Shown here piece by piece: positions 50,180 to 62,247 of a stretch of DNA of 64,000 nt. How positions within the stretch are numbered: the first letter of the stretch is position 1; each line of letters opens with the position of its first letter. The DNA comes from Squalus acanthias (taxonomy: Eukaryota). Both the position numbers and the translations under genes were made by a program. The stretch spans positions 110,920,001-110,984,000 of the forward strand of contig CM059431.1 of assembly GCA_030390025.1 (NCBI GenBank), read 5' to 3'. Under the pieces are notes generated by a model that worked only from the letters and a program-made list of their open reading frames with translations, had not been told where the DNA came from and made no database searches.

Positions 50180-50830
50180 TTGAATTACATCGAATCTACA
50201 GCACAGAAACAGGCCATTCGGCCCAACTGGTCCATGCTCCACACGAGCCTCCTCCCACCCCTCTTCATCTCACCCTATCAGCATAACCTTCGATTCCTTT
50301 TTCCTTCATGTACTTATCTAGCTTCCCCTTCAATGCATCTACCCTATTCGCCTCAAACGCTCCTTGTGGTAGCAAGTTCCACATTCTTACCACTTTTTGG
50401 GTAAAGGAGTTTCTCCTGAATTCCCTACTGGATTTATTGGTGACTATCTTATATTTATGGCCCCTAGTTTTGGTCTCCCCCACAAGTGGAAACATCTTCT
50501 CTACATCAATCCTATCGAACCCCTTCATAATTTTAAAGACCTAGAGAAAAGAGCCTCAGCTTGTTCAGTCTTTCCTAATAAGTATATCCTCTCAGTGCTG
50601 GTACCACCCTTGTGAATATTTTTTGAACCTTCTTCAGTGCCTCTCTATCCTTTTTGTAATATGGAGACCAGAACTGTGCACATAACTCCAAGTGTGGTCA
50701 AACCAAGGTTTGATACAAATTTAACATAACTTCTCTGCTTTTCAGTTCTATCCCTCTAGAAATGAACCCCAGTTTGCTTTTTTTAAGGGCCTTATTAACC
50801 TTTACTTTAGGGATTTGTGTATCTGTTGTG
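50180..50830 (-). mobile_element. CR1 3' fragment (RT C-terminus and 3' UTR)
   Basis: ORF MKGFDRIDVEKMFPLVGETKTRGHKYKI...FTQKVVRMWNLLP. Confidence 0.88.
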
Positions 50831-51577
50831 GCCTTTTTTGGCATGGCATTGAATTTATCCAATGCTGGCCCTTCATGAGGTGTTACTTGCTGCGGCCCTC
50901 AATAGAAGACCCTTCCTCATTCAGTTACTAGTTTTCTTTTAACAGTATCACTATCTGCCCCTGACTAGGCAGAGGCACAGACCCACACACGTATAGCAGA
51001 AGGGGAAACCCTGGCCAGTCTCTTGTATTGCCCTCTTTCCCTTCAGATGCAGTACTGCCGAAACTGTCAGAAAGCCAAGACCATATTTGTCTGGTACTCC
51101 GAAGCAAATTACGCTCGCATGATTTTGTTTCATGGAGTTTTGAGCGGGTTCATAAGGGAAACCTGCACCCAGCTGCAGCATGATAATGGTGAGCAATCCG
51201 AACATGGAAAGTCAGAGTCCAGATTACGACGCATTTCCAATTTAAAATCAATATTTTAGCCCGTGATGTGCACAGATCAGTGTTAAGGCGCTGATCCTTT
51301 ACTTCCAAAAGCTATTCTTGTCACCAGCTTGCTGGCTTACACTGTTACACAATTAATGATAGCTGCCAAACATCCTTTTCTTTCTTATTACAAGTCAATT
51401 CAGGTAACTTTTGGCTCCTATTCTTGCTGTTATATCTTTACAACATGCTGTAACTAAATCCAGGAGAGGGAAATACTACATAGCAAAAACGTATTCATTG
51501 TTAATTATAAGGTAAATTCAGAGATCCTGAACTCACGGCAGCGAGTCGCACTTGAAAGGAGCAGGGGTCGGTGAAAG

Positions 51578-51915
51578 GCCTCTGTCTTTTGGATGAGCCG
51601 TTAAACTGAGGCCCCGTCTGCTCTCTCAGGTAGACGTAAAAGATCCCGTGGCACTATTTCGAAGAAGAGCAGGGGAGTTCTCCCTGGTGTCCTGGCCAAT
51701 ATTTATCCCTCAATCAACATCACAAAAACAGATTATCTGGTCATTATCACATTGCTGTTTGTGGGAGCTTGCTGTGCGCAAATTGGCTGCCGCGTTTCCT
51801 ACATTACAGCAGTGACTACACTCAAAAGTACTTCATTGGCTGTAGAGCGCTTTGGGATGTCCGGAGGTCGTGAAAGGCACTATATAAATGCAAGTCTTTC
51901 TATCTTTCTTCTTTC
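51578..51915 (+). mobile_element. Deu-domain SINE
   Basis: Matches 5655-5985. Confidence 0.85.
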
Positions 51916-52890
51916 TTACAATACTGTTTGCGCCGCTTCTCCAACCTGCATCCCCCTTTGGGGGATGCTCCCCATTGGGAGTGCCGGGTCATTGAATTTT
52001 CTCTTATATCTTTCTCCCAATAAAGAGGCAACAGACATGTTGTACTCCATGGAGCAGAAATGCAAGTTGTCACTGTTAATTTAGGGAGAACCGATACACT
52101 TCTAATATGGCTTCCAGTGGTTACATCCTTAACAACTTACAGTTCACTCCAACCCTGGAGGTGTCACAGAGCTTAAGGCTTTTTCTGTATTCAGATTCTC
52201 GTCACATGCCAAGCCCTCCACGTAGGGTAGACAATGGAGAGAAAGTGACCATCTCCCTGGTGCATCACTGATACCCGTATATCTAAAGGTTCTCTGCTGC
52301 AGAATCATACAGGTCAATGAAAAAAATCTTAAAATCCACCCATGACAAATAAAGCCACTTACTAGATTCAGAACAAAAGGTTGTGATAATTTAACAGTCG
52401 CTATGGAGAAATGCAGGGAAGACATAATAAGGAGGTGACAGTTTGCTACAAGCATATATTACAGTACCAGTTATGGCTCTTAACCGCAATAATTAATGGG
52501 GTCAGGGTGCGGTATTTTATAATGAGTTTCACTAAAGGGTTCTCTTCACGTGCTTTCCTCCATTCAGCAGAGTGATTTGGACTCACCTTGGTGACCTCTC
52601 CTCGTTCAGCCCAGCCTTTGTTTGGGGAAGATGCCACGAGCTGCAAAGCTGCTCTGTTCCTGAATGCTCAATTTGTAGAACAGAGGGGACCATTACCGCA
52701 GTAATTTTTGTCTGACTATACACGTCGAAAGTTCTGCCTTGTGTATCTGTTATGTCTGAAAGCTTATTGAAACTGCACCAAACCTGAGCAAATAGAGATG
52801 CAAAGCCAGCGAACAAAATAATCTTTTTTTTTTCTTTGCTACTCTATTCCTGATGCGTTGATGTGGGCTGAAGTCTGTATTGGATTTTAT

Positions 52891-53073
52891 GGCCCGGATT
52901 TTGCAGTCAGCGGCGAAGGAATGGCCCTCGCCATTCACCTCACTGACAACTGCCCACCGACACTTCACAGGCCTTTGAGCTGCAACTTACTGTCATTGGG
53001 CGTCTGATCTGGCGTGGCGCCCTCTACAGGGCGTCGATGGCCTCACCATTATTCTCAACGCAAAATCTGGCCC
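52891..53073. mobile_element. Short Harbinger-type MITE (183 bp)
   Basis: TIR GGCCCGGATTTTGC / GCAAAATCTGGCCC. Confidence 0.75.
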
Positions 53074-53187
53074 ATCTTATGTAATGTGATGCTGCTAAAA
53101 TTTGAAATGTGGCATTTTGATAAGAGATATCTTTTTCTCAAATTGAATTAAAGGAAACAAAGCAAGGTATTAACAACTGCATGAAGA

Positions 53188-53465
53188 TAAAAATATAAGA
53201 TAGTTGCTAATAAATCTAATAGGAAATTCAGGAGAAACTTCTTTACCCAGAGAGTGGTTAGAATGTGGAACTCGCTACCACAAGGAGTAGTTGAGGAGAA
53301 CAGCATAGATGCATTTAAGGGGAAGCTAGATAAACACATGAGGAAATAGAAGGATACGCTGATAGAGTGAGATGATGAGGGGTGGGAGGAGGCTCATATG
53401 GAGCATAAACACCGGCATGGACCAGTTGGGCCGAATGGCCTGTTTCTGTGCTGTAAATACTATGT
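53188..53465 (+). mobile_element. CR1 3' fragment
   Basis: Reverse complement of 50180-50455. Confidence 0.85.
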
Positions 53466-53632
53466 AATATGTAAAGTGCAGAAGTACGGGATTTTGTTTT
53501 AAATTAGGAATGATCTGCTCGCCCATTATTTATTGCTTAAACCCTGATTTCTCTTTTTCTAACAGAGGTTATTTCTCCTGCCAATGCCATGCTGTAATTG
53601 GTTAATGATGTGTGATTGGAGTGGAGTAGGTC

Positions 53633-54265
53633 ATAGAAACATAGAAACATAGAAAAATAGGAGCAGGAGTAGGCCATTCGGCCCTTCGAGCCTGCTCCGC
53701 CATTCAATATGATCATGGCTGATCCTCTATCTCAATACCATATTCCCGCTCACTCCCCATACCCCTTGATGCCTTTTGTGTCTAGAAATCTATCTATCTC
53801 CTTCTTAAATATATTCAGTGACTTGGCCTCCACAGCCTTCTGTGGTAGAGAATTCCACAGGTTCACCACCCTCTGAGTGAAGAAATTTCTCCTCATCTCA
53901 GTCCTAACTGTCCTACCCCATATCCTGAGACTGTGACCCCTCATTCTCGACCCCCCAGCCAAGGGAAACATCCTCCCTGCATCCAGTCTGTCTAGCCCTG
54001 TCAGAAATGTATACGTTTCAATGAGATCCCCCTCATTCTTCTAAACTCTAGTGAATACAGGCCTAGTTGACCCAATCTCTCCTCATACGACAGTCCTGCC
54101 ATCCCAGGAATCAGTCTGGTGAACTTCGCTGCACTCCCTCAATGGCAAGTATATCCTTTCTTAGGTAAGGAGACCAAAACTGCACACAGTACTCCAGGTG
54201 TGGTCTCACCAAGGCCCTGTATAACTGTAGTAAGACATCCTTGCTCCTGTACTCAAATCCTCATA
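53633..54265 (-). mobile_element. CR1 3' fragment
   Basis: MFPLAGGSRMRGHSLRI...FFTQRVVNLWNSLPQ with a (TTTCTATG)n tail. Confidence 0.9.
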
Positions 54266-55482
54266 TTCTGCCAATCATCTCCCATCCTCCAAGTTGGAAT
54301 AGATTCCAGGGGGAAGTCCAGCTAAGATCTATCAAAAGTCACCGAACCATAGCAAGAGCTTGACGATAGCTATCACTGGGACTCAAAGTTGAAAACTTTC
54401 TGTTGTGTATCAAATCTTAATAGCCACGCCTCTTATTTAGTTTAAACCTACACGAGGACCAGTGAGGAGTAGAAATTACTTTACAACAGGAGTTCTCAAG
54501 TAGTGAACTGTGATCCTCTAGAGGTACTTAGAAAGACTGAGGTGTGGTGCTCAAGGTGACATTATATTTTGTGCAGGATTGTAATATCTGATTAAATTAT
54601 GCTGAAGGTGGTCTCTCACTTAATATTCTTACCCATAAGGAGCACAAGATTCAAAGCGAGTTGAAATCTTCTGTTCAAGAACATCAATTTGACTGTTCTT
54701 TGAAGACATTTTTCCATCCCACAAGCGCACAGGAAAATGTAATTCAGCCCATCCAGCTTATTCAAATTGTTTTCTAGATGCCTTCACCAGTGCCAAGTCT
54801 CTATACTTCCATTCCTTCCCTAATCAGGAACATCCGTTTCCTTCTTAAGTGATTTCACAAATACTGAGCTTCAATGATTTCACAGATTCATACAAAGGAT
54901 CTGGGCTAGGTGTCCAGGGCCTCATTGTTTGACTTATACAGGTGATAACCTAATCCCTCCCTCATTACCAGGTATACAGTAGTCATTGTTGAGGAAGACA
55001 AGAATTTAAGACCCATAAGCAGGTTTGCAGAAAATACATCAGGCTCCAGCCTGCATACAGTAACAGAGCAACTCCCTGGCCAAATAAAATAGTTAAATCA
55101 GAAAATGATTAAGTTTGATATACAATATCATTTTCATCTACTCAAATTAAATAAGTTCTGTGCTTCTTATTCAGTAGCTTCTTTAACCCAGATGTTTTTT
55201 ATAATGGAATATCGCATCATTATATCTGCTAACAGTGTACATTATTTTACTATCTCTACAACTATAAAGAGAGAAAGAGAAAGAAAGATCCAATCTGGAT
55301 GTATACCTCAGGCTGTGCTGCAGGCTGTCAATCAAAATCTACAGGGACAAACCACAAGAGTGTTTCCATCACCTTAGGTCATTGCTGTCAGGATTCATAG
55401 CTACAAGACCTTTGCAACAACCAGTAATGACTCTATTGATAAATGCCCAGATTCTTTTCTTTTAATCATTAAAATTACAATC

Positions 55483-56436
55483 AACAACAACAACAACAAC
55501 TTGTATTTATATAGCGCCTTTAATGTAGTAAAAAGTCCCAAGGCGCTTCACAGGAGTATTATAAGACAAAAAATTCGACACTGAGCCACGTAAGGATAAA
55601 TTAGTGCAGATGACCAAAAGCTTGGTCAAAGAGGTAGGTTTTAAGGAGCGTCTTAAAGGAGGAAAGAGAGGTAGCGAGGCGGGCAGGTTTAGGCAGGGAA
55701 TTCCAGAGCTTAGGGCCCAGGCAACAGAAGGCACGGCCACCAATGGTTGAGCGATTATAATCAGGGATGCTCAAGAGGGCAGAATTAGAGGAGCGCAGAT
55801 ATCTCGGGGGGTTGTGGGGCTGAAGGAGATTACAGAGATAGGAAGGGGCGAGGCCATGGAGGGATTTGAAAACAAGGATGAGAATTTTGAAATCGAGGCG
55901 CTGCTAAACCAGGAGCCAATGTAGGTCAGCAAGCACAGGAGAGATGGGCGAACAGGACTTGGTGCGAGTTAGGACACGAGCAGCCGAGTTTTGGATGACC
56001 TCAAGTTTACATAGGGTAGAATGTGGGAGGCCAGCCAGGAGTGCATTGGAATAGTCAAGTCTAGAGGTAACAAAGGCATGGATGAGGGTTTCAGCAGTGG
56101 ATGAGCTGAGGCAAGGGCGGAGACGGGCGATGTTACAGAGATGGAAATAGGCGGTCTTTGTTATGCTGCGGATATGTGGTCGGAAGCTCATTTCAGGGTC
56201 AAATATGACACCAAGGTTGTGAACAGTGTGTTTCAGCCTCAGACAGGTGTTAAGGAGAGGGATGGAGTCAGTGGCTAGGGAACGGAGTTTGTGGCGGGGG
56301 CCGAAAACAATGGCTTCGGTCTTCCCAATATGTAATTGGAGAAAATTTATGCTCATCCAGAACTGTATGTCGGACAAGCAGTGTGACAATTTAGAGACCG
56401 TGGAGGGGTCGAGAGAAGAGGTGGTGAGGTAGAGCA
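55483..56436 (-). mobile_element. L2-clade LINE, 5' truncated (RT C-terminus)
   Basis: CLSDIQFWMSINFLQLHIGKTE...NLGVIFD...HAFVTSRLDYSNALLAGLP...LHWL with a (TTG)n tail. Confidence 0.92.
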
Positions 56437-56592
56437 GGGAAATCTAATTGTTATTGTTGCTGTTGAATTTACTTCAGAAGCAAACAGATTCCGAAACAAA
56501 CGGAAGGATCGGGACTTTGAATTTGGGGATGAAGATTTATGGCTTTATCCTGACAGAGTCTCTTACCAATTGGAATATCTCTTACAAGCTGA

Positions 56593-56729
56593 GGCCTGAA
56601 GTTTCTGGAAGTCCGGCGATAACTTCAGCAGGAAATCAGTGGAATCCTTGGAAAAATGGCAGAAAATTGCCGTTTACGTCATTGCTCCAGTGGTTCTGCC
56701 AGTCTCCAACAGGAGAGAAATTCAGGGCC
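56593..56729. mobile_element. Short Harbinger-type MITE
   Basis: GGCCTGAAGTTTCT ... AGAAATTCAGGGCC termini. Confidence 0.55.
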
Positions 56730-57112
56730 AGGATGTTTACTGCACATAACACTGTTAAGCTTTAAATTTCATATCTATCCAAGTTTGGCATTTGGCATGC
56801 AATGTCCCCGGAGTAGGGACTGTATGTAGGGCCCAGGAACATTTTGACAGGATTGTAGGGGGCAAAGCATCCTGGTTAGCTCATGTCACCCGCTTGCTAA
56901 CCCATGGAATCAAAATGGGCAGGTGCTACAATGCGCTCTGCTAGATTACCTCCCAGGTATTGCAAACAGAAATTTATCAAGTGTGCGAGGGGCATGGAGA
57001 GAGAGAAAAAGAAGCAGACAGTGTAAAAGACAAAAAGAAAGACTAATTTAGGAGACAGAAAGAATTACAGCATGAAGCAAACAGAGCAACGTTTACAGAA
57101 AGACGGACACTT

Positions 57113-57590
57113 ACATAAGAACATAAGAAATAGGAGCAGGAGTAGGCCATACGGCCCCTCGAGCCTGCTCCGCCATTCAATAAGATCAAGGCTGATCATC
57201 GACCTCAACTCCACTTTCCTGTCCGATCTCCATATCCCTTGATTCCCTTAGAGTCCAAAAATCTATCTATCTCAGCCTTGAATATACTCAAAGACTCAGC
57301 ATTCACAGCCCTCTGGGGCAGAGAATTCCAAAGATTCACAACCCTCTGAGTGAAGAAATTCCTCCTCATCTCAGTCTTAAATGGCCGACCCCTTATCCTG
57401 AGACTATGCCCCCTAGTTCTAGACACTCCAGCCAGGGGAAACAACCTCTCAGCATCTACCCTGTCAATCCCCCTCAGAATCTTGTATGTTTCAATGCGAT
57501 CACCTCTCATTCTTCTAAACTCCAGAGAGTATAGGCCCATTCTACACAATCTCTCATCATAGGACAGCCCTCTCATCCCAGGAATCAATC
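57113..57590 (-). mobile_element. CR1 3' fragment with open RT C-terminal frame (57205-57588)
   Basis: MIPGMRGLSYDERL..LYSLEFRRMRGD.IETYKIL..TRGHSL..FFTQRVVNLWNSLP. Confidence 0.92.
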
Positions 57591-57804
57591 AAACACTTAC
57601 TTTTTACTCATGAGCAATGCCACAAGAGATCAACTAGAATTCCTAACTTTTCCATACAATCAAGGCTGTAACATTCGTCATTATCTTAAGGAAAATGCCA
57701 ACTTACAAAAGAAGATGGCACAATACCTAAATATCAACACTCACTTCACAGCTCAAAGGTCATATCTGTTCAAGTTCTAGCCCTGCTGACACTGACTCCT
57801 TCAC

Positions 57805-58345
57805 ATACGTTATGTTAAACTTATATAAAACCTTGGTTAGACTACATTTGGAGTATTGTGCACAGTTCTGGTCTCCATATTACAAAAAAATATCGAGGCA
57901 CAGCAGAAGGTACAAAAAAGATTAATAAGGCTGGAGGTTTTTTCTCTAGCAAAGAGAAGGCCTAATAGAGGTCTTTAAAATTATCAAGAGGTTTGATAGG
58001 GTAGACATAGAGATGATGGTTGCACTTGTGGGGAGTGCAAAACCAAGGGTCATAAATATAAGATAGTCACTAATAAATACAATAAGGAATTCAGGAGAAA
58101 CTTCTTTATTCAGAGTGGTGAGAATGTGGAACTCGCTACCACAAGGAGTAGTTGAGGCGAATATCATAGATGCATTTCAGGGGAAGCTAGATAAGTACAT
58201 GTGAGAGGAAGGAATAGAAGGATCTGCTGATAGGGTGAGGTGAAGTAGGGTGGGAGGAGGTTCATGCGGAGCATAAACACCGGCATAGACCAGTTGGACC
58301 GAATGGCCGTTTCTGTGCTGTAGATTCTATGTAATTCTATGTAAT
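57805..58345 (+). mobile_element. CR1 3' fragment
   Basis: Homologous to the reverse complement of 50180-50730. Confidence 0.85.
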
Positions 58346-59684
58346 ACAGATACAAGTGGTAACAAGTTCAGGAGAGAGAGTAAAACTTTAAATCTAAAAG
58401 CATGTCATGGGTGGAATCATTATTAGTGAGGAACTTGACAAAATGAATAATAATACTCAAAAGCCAATGGTACTTAGCACAGCTATTGCTTTTACCCTTG
58501 GCTGTCTCGATGTGGTTGCATCAACATGACAGAATGTGTTGGCATAGCAACTAAACATGCTGAGAATTTTATATAAAGTTCTTATTTTCCATTCAAATGC
58601 CTACTTAAATCTCAGGGCGAGTTGCCACTCAGAATCAGAGGCCTAAATTAATCTGGTCATTTCTTGTCCGTACCAGCAGAAAAAGCCCCATATTCTGTCA
58701 GGCTACTCTTCCTCAGGAAAGGGGAAGAATAAAAATGACAGTCGACTTGCCTGAACGTAAGCAATCACAAAATGGCACTGACAGCCGGTATGTAGACTGC
58801 CCTGCCCTGTCACCGAAGGAGAGGCTGCCTGGAGGTTAGCACCCTCCATGAGGAAACTAAAAGTAGAGGATTGAGGTTTTATAAAAGAAAAAGAAAGGCA
58901 GCATTGGCGTCATGATTGAAATAGGTGCAGACTTTGAAAAGGGGTAACTAATATCGAAAGAAATTATTTATTTATTACCTGTTGCTACATCCAGGTAAGT
59001 GCTATAGTTATATGGTAATAGATTGTGCTAACAGGCATATACCTTGAATCCATGTGTGCCTTATTATACAAACATTTTTTTTTTTAGCCAAGCATCTTTT
59101 AAACTTTAAGCTATATTGCTATCTGTTAATATATTGCAGGAAGGCAATTGTCGTGTTTCATGCGGTGGGCATTTTCTCATATCTATTCCTTTTTAAAGTA
59201 TTTATGGAAGATAATTTATACATTTATATTTGTAAATGTGCTTATAATGGACTGCAGTATGAGAAACAAAATGCATTGCTTTATGAGTGATAAGATGAAT
59301 ACAATTCAAATTAAAGTGGCATTATCTTCATGAAAATAAGTGGCCGACAACTGTTTATTTGCTTTGGGGAGTAGACGTGGCACAAGAGTTGTGCATCATT
59401 CTTCCCATTTTATCAAGCACTCTTTTTTTACATGAAGAGCACTATAAACGTATCAGTTGCCACAATAATATCAGGTGCAAGTAGCATGATGGTGTATTCT
59501 GACATGATTTTCATTAACTGGTTGGCATACGAAATAAGGTTATTTTTCCATGAAGCTGATGCTCTTTTAAAGATGCACAGCCCCCCTGTCATTTAAGTTT
59601 TACTTAAGTCACTGTCATAAATCCTAAAAGTATCTCCTTCAGTGAAATGAGTGCTCAAATTTTCACAATACAACGCAGTTACTT

Positions 59685-59937
59685 TTTTATTCGTTCATAG
59701 GATGTGGGCATCTCTGGCAAGGCCAGCATTTATTGCCCATCCCTAATTGCCCTGGAGAAGGTGTTGGTGAGCCGCCTTCTTGAACCGCTGCAGTCTGTGT
59801 GGTGAAGGTACTCCCACAGTGCTGTTAGGGAGGGAGTTCCAGGATTTTGACCCAGCGACGATGAAGGAACGGCGATATACTTCCAAGTCAGGATGGTGTG
59901 TGACTTGGAGGGGTACCTGCAGGTGATGGTGTTCCCA
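59685..59937 (-). mobile_element. LINE 3' end (donor of the SINE-B tail)
   Basis: Minus strand encodes RSFIVAGSKSWNSLPNSTVGVPSPHRLQRFKKAAH, followed by the tail shared with 306-430. Confidence 0.75.
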
Positions 59938-61439
59938 TGGGGCACTGGCACCAGTACTGGGATAAGAGGGAGCTGTTCCGTTTGGATGGGCTTCACTTGA
60001 ACCATGGTGGAACTAGAGTCCTGGCGAATCGAATAACTAGGGCTGTAGAGAGGGCTTTAAACAAAATAGTGGGGGGGAGGATCCAGGTGAGCGGGAATTT
60101 AAAAAGTCAATGATAAATGAGAAAACAATAGAGCTGGACAGAGATGGGGGAAATAATAACCAGAGTGTGACAGGAAGGGACAGAATGTTTAAAAATAAGA
60201 CTGCAAGAGAAAATGGGGCCAAAACAAGGACAAATGGTAAAAAGACAAAGTTAAAGGTTCTATATCTGAATGCACGCAGCATTCGTAACAAGATAGATGA
60301 GTTGACGGCACAAATAGATACAAATGGGTATGATCTGATCGCCATTACAGAGACGTGGTTGCAAGGTGATCAGGGCTGAGAACTGAATAATCCAGGTTAT
60401 TTGACAATTCAGAAGGATAGGCAGAAAGAAAGGGAGGTGGGGTGGCTTTGTTGGTAAAGGATGGGATCAGTGCAGTGGTGAGAAGTGATATTGGCTCAGA
60501 AGATCATGTAGAATCGGTTTGGGTGGAGATAAAAATTATTAAAGGGAAAAAGTCTCTGGTGGGCATAGTCTACAGGCCCCCGAACAATAGCAATACTGTT
60601 GGACAGAGTATAAATCAACAAATAATAGAGGCCTGTAAAAAAGGTATGGTAATAATCATGGGTGATTTTAATCTCCATATTGATTGGAGAAATCAAATTG
60701 GCCATGGTAGCCTTGAGGAGGAGTTCATAGAGTGCATCAGGGATGGTTTCTTAGAACAGTATGTAATGGAACTGACCAGGGAGCAGGCTATCTGTGTAAT
60801 GAGACAGAATTAATAAATGATCTCATAGTAAAGGATCCTCTAGGAAAGAGTGATCATAGCATGGTTGAATTTCAAATTCAGTTGGAGGGTAAGAAAGTTG
60901 TATCTCAAACCAGTGTCCTGATCTTAAAAAAAGGCAATTACAATGGCATGAGGGCAGAACTGGCTAAAGTGGACTGGAAAAACAAATTAAAGGGTAAGAC
61001 AGTTGAAATGCAGTGGCGAACATTTAAGGAGATATTTCATAACTCTCAACAAAAATATATTCCAGTGAGAAAGAAAGATTTTAAGAGAAGGAAGCACCAT
61101 CCGTGGCTAACTAAGGAAGTAAAGGATGGTATCAAATTGAAAATGAAGGCATACAATGTTGCCAAGATTGGTGGGAGACCAGAGGATTGGGAATTTTTAA
61201 AAAACCAGCAAAGGATGACAAAAAAAATGGTAAAGAGAGAGAAGATGAATTATGAGAGTAAACTGGCAAGAAACATTAAAACAGATAGTAAGAGCTTCTA
61301 CAGGTATATAAATAGGAAGAGGGTAGCTAAAGTAAATGTTGGTCCCTTAGAGGATGAGACTGGGGAATTAATAATGGGGAATGGGGAAATGGCAGAGACT
61401 CTGAACAAATATTTTGTATCTGTCTTCAAGGTAGAATGA
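59938..61439 (+). mobile_element. CR1 LINE internal fragment: ORF1 esterase C-terminus and disrupted ORF2 APE endonuclease
   Basis: DGLHLNHGG; LYLNARSIRNK..IAITETWL; VYRPP; MGDFN; LGKSDH. Contains stops and frameshifts. Confidence 0.92.
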
Positions 61440-61514
61440 AGGGATAATTACAAGTCCTAGCCCTTTTCGGACTACCCCAGATCAGACGTATTCCCCAGAC
61501 ATTCACCTTCAACT

Positions 61515-61801
61515 ATGTGCGGGTTAGGTTGATTTGGCTATGATAAATTGACCCTTAGTGTTAGGGGGGGATTAAATATGTGGGGTTACGGGGATAGGAT
61601 GGGATATGTTAGGGGGAATTAAATACGTGGGGTTACGGGGATAGGGTGGGATATGTGTCGGTGCAGGCTCGATGGGGATTCTGTGTGGGAAAGCAGGGAC
61701 AGGGTACTGGATTTGGATGATCAGCCATGATCGTATTGAATGGTGGAGCAGGCTCGATGGGCCGAATGGCCTACTCCTGCTCCTAGTTTCTATGTTTCTA
61801 T
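61515..61801 (+). mobile_element. HE1-like SINE, 5' truncated
   Basis: Reverse complement of 48928-49175 plus the CR1-type terminus. Confidence 0.85.
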
Positions 61802-62247
61802 CTAACTAAAGTTAGCGGTAGCTGAATCCTATAAGATGCTTAATTGAGTCTAAAGGTCAGACTATCTCTCCCTAAAGGAAAGAAACAACCTGAAGATGTT
61901 ACCGTCCTCCGGATAGCACTTTTAACAAGTTTAACTAGAGTGCAATTTGTCACGGAGTGTAGATTGGAACAGAGTGTTAAACTGCGAGTTTGGTGAGTGA
62001 GGGAGTTCGGGGAGGGAGGTGTTCCTTTCTTTTTCCATCTTTGTCAGCTTCCAGGAGAGCAAGAGCTAAAAAGCTGCACAAGAGGGGACAGAGAATCAGC
62101 GGTGAGTATTTCTACAGTATTTCTACATTCTAGTCATTAAAGTAAAAGTAAGGTCTCTCGTTTGGAGTAAGTAGTGTTTAAAGGGAAGTAAGGTCCCGAG
62201 TGTATTTAATATTCTTTAATTTAAAGGGAGTAAATTAAGGGTAGGAC

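Noticed and set aside
51047..51189. Exon-like segment (TTCCCTTCAG ... ATG|GTGAGC)
   Set aside because: It appears to overlap a MITE-like relic ending AATATTTTAGCCC near 51262, and the peptide is unrecognisable.
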